DNA of 64,000 bases from an uncultured virus (IMG/VR IMGVR_UViG_3300044641_008909) (taxonomy: Duplodnaviria; Heunggongvirae; Uroviricota; Caudoviricetes): IMG/VR virus record IMGVR_UViG_3300044641_008909; one strand, written 5' to 3'. Made by a program: the position numbers and the translations under genes. Shown one piece after another: positions 56,691 to 64,000 of the stretch. A model generated the notes under the pieces. It was not told where the DNA came from. It did not search any database and saw only the letters and a program-made list of their open reading frames with translations. Numbering within the stretch: position 1 is the first letter of the stretch; every line of letters begins with the position of its first letter.

Positions 56691-58312
56691 TTTTTTGTCA
56701 TTTCGACAAACAAACTAATTTCAGGCAACATGTCAATTGTTTCTTTAATAATTTGTTTGTTTCCATTACAAAATGTTTTCTTTTCAACAACAAATCCTGC
56801 TTTTTCACCCAACGTCTTTAAACCAGCAAAATCATATGCAATCTTATGACCTTCAAATAGCAATGACCATAATTTACCTGATTCAAATTCATTTCTAGCA
56901 CAGCCATCGTTAATTTCATCAAATACATTCAATTGATTGGCTTGATAATATTTAATCAATTTATCAGCATCTGGTACTGCAATACGCAATACAGCACCTT
57001 TTTTCATGCAACGATAACATTCACTAAGGAAACTGATACCTTCTGCGACAGTCAAGTGTTCAAACATATGACTTGAATAAGCCAAATCAATAGTTTCATT
57101 TTGAAAAGGTAATGGATTTTGTGCATTAATTGCTAAAAACTTGTATTTGTGCCTAGATGCAAAATCTTGTAAATTCAAAACATCAGTATTGATCCATCCG
57201 TAATGGAACATATTAATAAAGCTGCCAAAGTTAACCTTAAGTTTATTGTCGCCAGCAGGAATGTTGACAGCAATATTTCCACGCTCTAAGTCTTCTTTGT
57301 CAACAACCAATTGCGTTGATGGCATTCTTTCAAGCCACCATTCCTTAGTTCTCAAAGTACAATGAGTTTTATCAAATCCATCATCATTTTCACCAAAATC
57401 AACACCATGCAAGCCACGCTTACTAACTCGATCCATTTCTTTCAAAACAGCATCAAGATGTTCTTCTGGAATATGTTCAAAAACCGCTGTTGAAAACGCT
57501 AAATCAAATTCTTTGTCTTTGAAATTCCAAGGAGTCTGACAAATATCCCATTCAATCACATCATTGGTAACTCTGGTTAGTTGACAATGATGACTGATTT
57601 CTAATCCTTTAGACCTAACTCCAGCATCATTAAATTTCTTAACCATGTACCCTCTAGCAGCACCAATCTCTAGAATGGATTCGGGATTGTGTTCCATTAC
57701 TTTTTGATAAGTAACCCAGTGAACAGGATAATCCCAATATCCTTCATGAGCGTAACCGCCAACTTTGCCACCACCATTGAAGTAATGTTTGTCGAATAGA
57801 CTTTTGCGATCTTCTTTTTTTGGTTTTGTAACTTCAATAATCATGTCTGTTCCTAATTCCCCATGTGGTAAAACTACTATGTTTTCAAACCCTGCTTCAC
57901 GCATTAGCTTGATTGCATAAACAGGACAAAGACTGTTTCTGTGCGTGTTTTCATCATAATTCTGATCACCAAATATAATGGAAGAACTGTCATCATTCCA
58001 TTCTTCTTGATTCAATACCCATTCCATTTGTCTTTTTGTGTTAGCTGTTATAAAAACGGCTTTGCCACTATCACGAAGAATTCTAAATACTTCTGAAACA
58101 AAAAGTTTGACTTTACGCCAAGAAAGATGTTCAATACAATAGCAACTAAAAACACCATCGTATGTGGAATTTGTAAGAGGCAAAGATTGATTGAAATCAG
58201 CCACTACATCCACAGTGTCACCAGAACGAACATCAACATTTGGACGGAAGTAAGGATTGTCTCCTCCACCCAATTCAATTACATTTTTCGTAAACGGAAA
58301 AGTATAACTCAT
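56687..58312 (-). CDS. triple-domain class I SAM methyltransferase
   Basis: Three units: 'ELGGG...IEH', 'LEIGAARG...FEH', 'NFGS...SHMFEH...LRIAVPD'. Confidence 0.85.
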   Translation of the reverse strand: MSYTFPFTKNVIELGGGDNPYFRPNVDVRSGDTVDVVADFNQSLPLTNSTYDGVFSCYCIEHLSWRKVKLFVSEVFRILRDSGKAVFITANTKRQMEWVLNQEEWNDDSSSIIFGDQNYDENTHRNSLCPVYAIKLMREAGFENIVVLPHGELGTDMIIEVTKPKKEDRKSLFDKHYFNGGGKVGGYAHEGYWDYPVHWVTYQKVMEHNPESILEIGAARGYMVKKFNDAGVRSKGLEISHHCQLTRVTNDVIEWDICQTPWNFKDKEFDLAFSTAVFEHIPEEHLDAVLKEMDRVSKRGLHGVDFGENDDGFDKTHCTLRTKEWWLERMPSTQLVVDKEDLERGNIAVNIPAGDNKLKVNFGSFINMFHYGWINTDVLNLQDFASRHKYKFLAINAQNPLPFQNETIDLAYSSHMFEHLTVAEGISFLSECYRCMKKGAVLRIAVPDADKLIKYYQANQLNVFDEINDGCARNEFESGKLWSLLFEGHKIAYDFAGLKTLGEKAGFVVEKKTFCNGNKQIIKETIDMLPEISLFVEMTKN

Positions 58313-59316
58313 GATTCTAACATTCCTCTCCAAGTATTAATGTAACATTCCCTTATATTTTTCCAATTGTATTTTTTAACATAAGACATTAATTCTTCTC
58401 TATAATCCCATGTATTGTTCTTATACCAATCAATCGCTTTAGCAATACAGTTGGGATCTTTCTTCAATACTAGTTTACAATTATTATTCAAACAATCAGC
58501 AGCACCAACTCCGTATGAAGCAATAACTGGTCTTCCAAATGTCATGGCTTCAAGAATCTCAATTCCAAAACCTTCCGTAACACTCGGTTGGACATAAACA
58601 TTAATTGATTTAAAAAATTCATCTAATGTTTTCACATAACCTAAAATATTATAATTAGCTCTACCACCAAATTGACGAATCATATGAATCAAATATGGCG
58701 ATTGCTGTCCTGCAAATGTTAATACTGCATCCTTATAATTCAATTTTGCCCAAGCCTCAATTAAATATTTAACTCCTTTATCTGGTCCAATTTGACCCAA
58801 GTACCCTACTGAAAAGGTTTTAGGATAAGGATAGTTAACCCCTTCATAGCATCCGTGAGGTATTACAGTTGTGTTTTTGCAGCCAAATTCTTGCATTACT
58901 TTATTGCTATGTTTGCTTGGACAAATAACAAGATCAGCATCAATATAACTTGATATATATTGATTCCATAGTACGGGATTGCTAATGTGTGGAAAGTCAT
59001 AAGGAATGCCAAGGATTTTAAATTCCTCTTGGCTTGCTTTAATATCGTGGGCTGCTGCCGTATAAGAAATCTTGATACCTTTTTCTTTCAATTTTTTAGT
59101 TAATTTAGGAAATGTTCCAGCATAAAAGTGTGCTAGTTTGTATTTTTCTAAATTGGGAATATCAATTACATTTTCTGCTTCAAACGGATCTTGAGTTGGT
59201 TGAGGATTAACTACATCAATTGGACCCAAATTGCTAAGTGCTTCCAATTCATTTTTGGTAACTGTGCCACCACCAGTTCCATTGCCAATTCTATCACAAG
59301 TGATGTAAAGAAACAT
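58309..59316 (-). CDS. family 4 glycosyltransferase
   Basis: 'KG...LI.AW', 'PS..EGFG...LEAM..G.PVI'. Confidence 0.9.
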   Translation of the reverse strand: MFLYITCDRIGNGTGGGTVTKNELEALSNLGPIDVVNPQPTQDPFEAENVIDIPNLEKYKLAHFYAGTFPKLTKKLKEKGIKISYTAAAHDIKASQEEFKILGIPYDFPHISNPVLWNQYISSYIDADLVICPSKHSNKVMQEFGCKNTTVIPHGCYEGVNYPYPKTFSVGYLGQIGPDKGVKYLIEAWAKLNYKDAVLTFAGQQSPYLIHMIRQFGGRANYNILGYVKTLDEFFKSINVYVQPSVTEGFGIEILEAMTFGRPVIASYGVGAADCLNNNCKLVLKKDPNCIAKAIDWYKNNTWDYREELMSYVKKYNWKNIRECYINTWRGMLES

Positions 59317-59376
59317 TTAATAATTTCCTTTTAAGTAAAGTTTGTCTGACTATCCGCAAATGCTAGTAAAGAAAAT

Positions 59377-60435
59377 TTACCAACCACCTGTATCAATCGC
59401 CTCATAACACAATTCTTCATACCTATTAACCATATTTTCATAAGAAAATTGTCTTGCCCACTCAATACAGTTTTCTGACTTAATATCATTAACAGCATCA
59501 GACCTAATCAAATTTTCCATCTCATCCTGAGTCCTAACCAAGAATCCAGTCTCACCATGCTTAACTGTTTCACGCATTGCACCATTATCCCATGCAATAA
59601 CTGGCATTCCACACAACTGCGCCTCAACAGGAGCTAATCCAAATGGTTCCCTGTAGTGCAAATTGGGGTGCAGAAGGGCTTTATTTGTATTAAACCAATC
59701 TACGCATTCATTCCTGTCTTGATGCCCTATATAACGCAAATTTGGAGAAATAATACATGCGTCTTTAATCTTACGCAACAAATCTGGTTCACCAGTGATA
59801 CGATCATCTCCAACTAAATCCAAACCAACTCCACATATGTTTGCAACACTACAAGCAATATGTGGACCTTTAATAGAACTGATTCTTGCTAAAAACAAAT
59901 ATCTGTTATTTCTGGCTTTATTACTTCTGGAATAAAAATCAACATCAACACCATTATAAGCAACTCTTGACCCGCACTTTAAATGTGTTGTGCATACTTC
60001 TGATTGATCTTTGCTGATACAAATAAAAGAAGGAAAAGGAACAGGAGGAGCAATGCTGTACATTGTTTCTACAGGAGCATGTAGGACACCTAAGATAGGT
60101 TGTGGAAGATGACCTTCCATCTTTAAGATATAACTCCATTTTTCCCAGCTATGGTCAATAATTACATCAAATTGTGTTAGTTTTTCCCAATAACCAGAAT
60201 ATGCTTGTCTTTCAGATTCACCTAATGTGGTTTCATGTAAATTTGCGTTAGTTTTTGATCCTTTAGGAGCAACAAGTGTTACATCATGACCTTTAGCATG
60301 CAAACCTTCGGCGCATTGCCAAGAAATCATCTCCAATCCAGCATATCCAGTTGGGGGACAAGGTAAAACTGTCGTTGATATTACACAGATCTTGAGTTTT
60401 TTGGTGCTGCTTGTTGGTAAATGTGTCATTTTCAT
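59377..60435 (-). CDS. family 4 glycosyltransferase
   Basis: 'PP..Y.G.E', 'GHDVTL', 'EPFGL..VEA..CG.PVI', 'G.TGFL'. Confidence 0.92.
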   Translation of the reverse strand: MKMTHLPTSSTKKLKICVISTTVLPCPPTGYAGLEMISWQCAEGLHAKGHDVTLVAPKGSKTNANLHETTLGESERQAYSGYWEKLTQFDVIIDHSWEKWSYILKMEGHLPQPILGVLHAPVETMYSIAPPVPFPSFICISKDQSEVCTTHLKCGSRVAYNGVDVDFYSRSNKARNNRYLFLARISSIKGPHIACSVANICGVGLDLVGDDRITGEPDLLRKIKDACIISPNLRYIGHQDRNECVDWFNTNKALLHPNLHYREPFGLAPVEAQLCGMPVIAWDNGAMRETVKHGETGFLVRTQDEMENLIRSDAVNDIKSENCIEWARQFSYENMVNRYEELCYEAIDTGGW

Positions 60436-61103
60436 GGTTTGATCTCCAATGGTTTGAATCCTTCAATACTGCTGCTACCAAGTCCACAATGAACGCATTG
60501 TATGCTTGTATCAACGTGGATCTTAAAGCCATGATTTCGTGCATGTTTGCAGAAGGTGAAATCTTCGCTGGTCTTTTCTAAATGGGGAAGATCTGTCCTA
60601 TCACAACGCCATTCAAACCAATGACAGCGATTGCTTAATGGTGGCAAACTCTCCAGAACAGATCTGTGAATCAAAAGACATCCAGCCCCGACATAGTCAA
60701 CTTCTACAAGACTGTTAGCCGGATATTCAGTTATCCACTGTGGACCATTTTGCGAATCTAGAAGCATTACGGGTGCTAACGGAGCATAACGCCTGTAATA
60801 GACACCACTTACGATTGGTTTGTTGTGACTTACTAATTTTGCTATTACATCAGGAGGCGGAATTACATCATCGTCTAAAAAGAAAAGCCATTCCCAGCCG
60901 AGTTCTAAGAGTTTTAAACACCCTGTATTTCTGGCATGATCAAACGGCATTCCCTGAAGTGCGGTCCACGCTCCACTTGGCATGTATATATTTCTTAAGC
61001 CAAATGCCCATGCTACTGTGCATGTTTCTCTTGTTAATATGCAGCCCAGAACTCTATTTTGATTGACTGGTGCTGTGTTGATTTGTTCCCATGATGCTGG
61101 CAT
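60432..61103 (-). CDS. GT-A fold glycosyltransferase-like protein
   Basis: 'ARN', 'FF.DDD', 'IVSG.Y', 'G.GC.LI.R.V', 'SED..FC'; ATG at 61103. Confidence 0.8.
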   Translation of the reverse strand: MPASWEQINTAPVNQNRVLGCILTRETCTVAWAFGLRNIYMPSGAWTALQGMPFDHARNTGCLKLLELGWEWLFFLDDDVIPPPDVIAKLVSHNKPIVSGVYYRRYAPLAPVMLLDSQNGPQWITEYPANSLVEVDYVGAGCLLIHRSVLESLPPLSNRCHWFEWRCDRTDLPHLEKTSEDFTFCKHARNHGFKIHVDTSIQCVHCGLGSSSIEGFKPLEIKP

Positions 61104-61166
61104 AAAATTAATATAGAACAATTTAATTATAAATTTCATCTCTCTTTTAAAACATAGGAGAAAAAC

Positions 61167-62336
61167 ATGAGCGAACTTATTCCGATTGATGAACGAGTTA
61201 ATAAAGCAATTGATTTAGTAAAGGAAATGGAATCAGCTTTCCTTGAAATTCAAATGCCAAGAACAGAATTTGTTCTAAATAAGTTTGTAGTTGGTCAACA
61301 TGACCACGATACCCTAGCATATTCTCAATGCGTTTTGGAGCTTCAAATCAAATATGATAATTTAAGGAGAGCAAAACTAGGAAGAAGAAAGATTGAAATT
61401 CAGATTAAGGAACTTGAAGACAAGGGAACTGAGATTGATCAGATTGACGCAGATCTAAAACGAATTGACCTAGAAGAGCAAGATCGTGCAGTATTGGGCG
61501 CTTTAAGAGAGTTTGAATCTCTTTATAAGATTTGGCAAAGTTTCCCCAAGAAGTATACACGACAAGAAATTGATGCTGCTCAACCTGATTATTGGAAGCT
61601 TCGTCTAGAAAGACAAGCACAACAAGATCTTCAGGCGACTGGTAGAATTGGTGTTGGCAACAGTGAAGCACTACGCCAGATCAATCTTACTGGTACACCT
61701 AAGTTGGATCATATTCGAGAGGTCGAAAAAAAATATTTGGAAGTCGGTGATGTTAAAGTTTTAATTGTTGTTCCGACAAGGGAAAAGGCAGAGACTTTGC
61801 CTGTATTAGAGAAGTTAGCTATTCCTTCTGGTGTTCAGATTAAGTATCTTAACGTGTTTGGCAGATCGACAGCCGATGCATATAATGATGCTATTCAGAC
61901 TGCTTTGGATGATGGTGCAGACTTCCTTCTTACTGTAGAAGATGATACTTTTCCTCCTGATGATGGATTCTTTAAGTTGTTGCAAAGATACAGGGAAATT
62001 GGCGATCCGAAGGTAGTTTTGGGCGGATATTATGTGAAAAAGCAAGAAAACAGGGAAGGTGTTCATATACAAATCGTCGGGGGAAAGAGACAATCCCTGA
62101 CGTTATGTAACAAAGATGTTGGTGTATATGAAGTTTACACGATTGCTCAAGGATTTACTCTTTTCCCTATGGAATGTTTTTTACAGACCGAGTATCCTTG
62201 GACTGTAACAACGGCTCATCTTACACAAGATAGTTTCTTATCGCAAAAGCTTCGTGACAAGGGATTCAAGTTGTTGGTCGATGGTAATGTCAGGTGTCGT
62301 CATTTGGATGTGACTAGTGGAAAGTATTATGAATGA
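61167..62336 (+). CDS. coiled-coil domain fused to a GT-A-like domain
   Basis: N-terminal helical domain ('YW..RL.RQA..D....G.IG.GN'); C-terminal 'AYN...', 'VEDD', 'GFTL', 'QD.F', 'C.H'. Confidence 0.7.
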   Translation: MSELIPIDERVNKAIDLVKEMESAFLEIQMPRTEFVLNKFVVGQHDHDTLAYSQCVLELQIKYDNLRRAKLGRRKIEIQIKELEDKGTEIDQIDADLKRIDLEEQDRAVLGALREFESLYKIWQSFPKKYTRQEIDAAQPDYWKLRLERQAQQDLQATGRIGVGNSEALRQINLTGTPKLDHIREVEKKYLEVGDVKVLIVVPTREKAETLPVLEKLAIPSGVQIKYLNVFGRSTADAYNDAIQTALDDGADFLLTVEDDTFPPDDGFFKLLQRYREIGDPKVVLGGYYVKKQENREGVHIQIVGGKRQSLTLCNKDVGVYEVYTIAQGFTLFPMECFLQTEYPWTVTTAHLTQDSFLSQKLRDKGFKLLVDGNVRCRHLDVTSGKYYE

Positions 62337-62360
62337 AATTAAGTGTATTTTTGATAATTT

Positions 62361-63998
62361 TTAGATGTTATAAGGTAAGTTGCCTTGAAATCCTGATCTA
62401 TTAATTCTTGGTGAAGGCATAACGAATATTCCTCCGCTTATTGCAATACCAATTTGTTGTTGCATATTACCTGATAGGAATGCAGCCCCAGAAGATGTTC
62501 CAAGCATTCCGCTTAGATTGACTATATTGCCACCTGAGCCTACATATAATGGTAGTCCTTGGAATCCAGAAATTCCGTTATTTAAACCAGAGTTTTGGGC
62601 AAGTGTTCCAGTTCTTCCAACTCCTCCTAAATAAAACACTCTTCCTGTTGATCCGCTATTAACATTTCCGCTTGTCACACCAATTGCTGGCAATCTTAGT
62701 CCACTTGCTCTTTGTGCCCTTGATATTCTGCCTCCAGAAGTAATGCATACTGCTTTGATACCTGAACACTGTTCTTGGAAAATAAACGAATCAGACAAAG
62801 GAAAATTTGTATTTAATCCTGCTGTTTGGGCGAAGTCAACGGCAGGATCAATTGAACCAGAACCAACCATGCTGCTTGTGACAATGAAGTTAGAAGAAAA
62901 ATGTCCTGAATTGATTTGGCGATCACCAATATTTCCTGATCTTATTGGATCACCAAGCAGATCTACTAGTCTTAAAAGACCGCTTGAGAAGTTACCAGAG
63001 AGTAATGTTTCACGGGCAAAATGTGATGGACCAATTTCTCCAGATGGAATGTGTCCACTATTGACTGCTGCTCTTCTTGTTGCGCTAAACCATCTTGTAA
63101 ATGGTGTATATCCTCCGATAACGCTGAATATTGAGTTTGAATTAATATTACCGCTTACAACTGAATTGTCTGCAAAGCTAGCAGCTATTATTCTATTAGC
63201 TGCTGTTGTTGTTAGTTTTCCTGATGTGACAATTTCATTGTAACTAAATATTGGTGAACTTCCCCCATCAACACCAGCTAAATAAGCTCTTGCTTGACTT
63301 AAATTAGCAGTTGTTTGTGCAGTAGTTGTATCTGTCGAATACGTTAATTTATCTGCTGTTGAAACATAGACAGTGTTACCATTCCCGCCAGCAAAATAAC
63401 CTTTTGTAGATAGTTCCGAAATCCCAGCTGGACTATATCTTGCTTGGCTTAGATTTGCAGTAGTTTGAGCAGAAGTTGTATCCGTTGAATATGTTAATTT
63501 ATCTGCTGTTGCAGCATCTACTCCAGCACCAGTTAATCCACCAGCGAAATAGCCTTTTGTTGAATCACCAGAACAACCAGCTAAACGCCCTTTCGATTGA
63601 CTTAGATTTGCTGTTGTTTGAGTGGCAGTTGTATCACTTGAATATGTCAACTTGTCTGCTGTTGCAACATAATTTCCAGTATTTCCTCCAGCGAAATAAC
63701 CTTTTGTTGAATCGCCAGAACAACCAGCTAAACCTTCTCTTGATTGACTTAAATTAGCAGTTGTTTGAGCAGCTGTTGTATCACCAGCGTATGTTATTTT
63801 ATCTGTGGTTGCAACAATTGCACCACTATCTCCACCAGCGAAATAACCTTTTGTAATTCTCTCTGAAACTCCAGCTAATTCATATCTTGCTTGGCTTAAA
63901 TTTGCTGGTGATTGAGTAATAATTGTAGCTGTTGCATATATTAATCTATCTGTTGTTGTAAGCAAAGTGGCACTAGATCCTCCAGCGAAATAGCCTTT
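62361..63998 (-). CDS. fibre-like structural protein with Kelch-like repeats (5' end outside window)
   Basis: ~49-aa repeats 'NLSQAR..LAG......KGYFAGG......T.DKLTYS.DTT'; S/G-rich C-terminus. Confidence 0.75.
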   Translation of the reverse strand, partial: KGYFAGGSSATLLTTTDRLIYATATIITQSPANLSQARYELAGVSERITKGYFAGGDSGAIVATTDKITYAGDTTAAQTTANLSQSREGLAGCSGDSTKGYFAGGNTGNYVATADKLTYSSDTTATQTTANLSQSKGRLAGCSGDSTKGYFAGGLTGAGVDAATADKLTYSTDTTSAQTTANLSQARYSPAGISELSTKGYFAGGNGNTVYVSTADKLTYSTDTTTAQTTANLSQARAYLAGVDGGSSPIFSYNEIVTSGKLTTTAANRIIAASFADNSVVSGNINSNSIFSVIGGYTPFTRWFSATRRAAVNSGHIPSGEIGPSHFARETLLSGNFSSGLLRLVDLLGDPIRSGNIGDRQINSGHFSSNFIVTSSMVGSGSIDPAVDFAQTAGLNTNFPLSDSFIFQEQCSGIKAVCITSGGRISRAQRASGLRLPAIGVTSGNVNSGSTGRVFYLGGVGRTGTLAQNSGLNNGISGFQGLPLYVGSGGNIVNLSGMLGTSSGAAFLSGNMQQQIGIAISGGIFVMPSPRINRSGFQGNLPYNI

Positions 63999-64000
63999 TG
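63270..64000 (-). repeat. intragenic ~147-bp tandem repeats
   Basis: Recurring 'ccagcgaaata(a/g)ccttttgt' and 'ttgacttaaattagcagttgtttg' units; boundaries approximate. Confidence 0.85.

Noticed and set aside
63270..64000. CRISPR-like repeats
   Set aside because: The ~147-bp period is a protein repeat within one open frame.
1..64000. Stop-codon reassignment, as in some large phages
   Set aside because: Conserved genes are full length in code 11, and TAA, TAG and TGA all end genes at expected positions.
1..64000. tRNA, tmRNA or rRNA genes
   Set aside because: No cloverleaf or T-loop signature was seen in the few intergenic gaps (checked by eye only).

Overview
AT-rich, densely coded 64-kb segment of a large (jumbo-type) tailed dsDNA phage genome, read in standard code 11. 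No tRNA, rRNA, CRISPR array or integrase was seen. It carries a T4-like replication/recombination set (DnaB-like helicase C-terminus, UvsY-like, gp32-like SSB, RecA/UvsX), a Ski2/Hel308-like helicase and dTTP-pathway enzymes (dCMP deaminase, ThyX, dUTPase, dNMP kinase). Its DnaE polymerase is split into two separately promoted, intein-free genes. Host-like genes include prkA/yeaG-yeaH-spoVR, hldE, bS21, IF-3, GroES, CsrA, PhoH, PduO, an amidoligase and a GGCT, plus many glycosyl- and methyltransferases next to a repeat-rich fibre-like protein. Most notable signals: (i) the split DnaE, with active-site motifs divided between the halves and a degenerate duplicated segment; (ii) many apparently leaderless genes (-10 hexamer, 5-6 nt, ATG) alongside phage IF-3, bS21 and CsrA; (iii) about 13 unrelated proteins sharing a T4 capsid-targeting-like N-terminal peptide; (iv) a mini-intein in a small DUF5872-like protein; (v) a candidate kissing-loop ncRNA between a TATAAATA promoter and a terminator; (vi) a gene-32-like pseudoknot before the SSB gene. 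All family calls come from motif recognition by eye, not from database searches.
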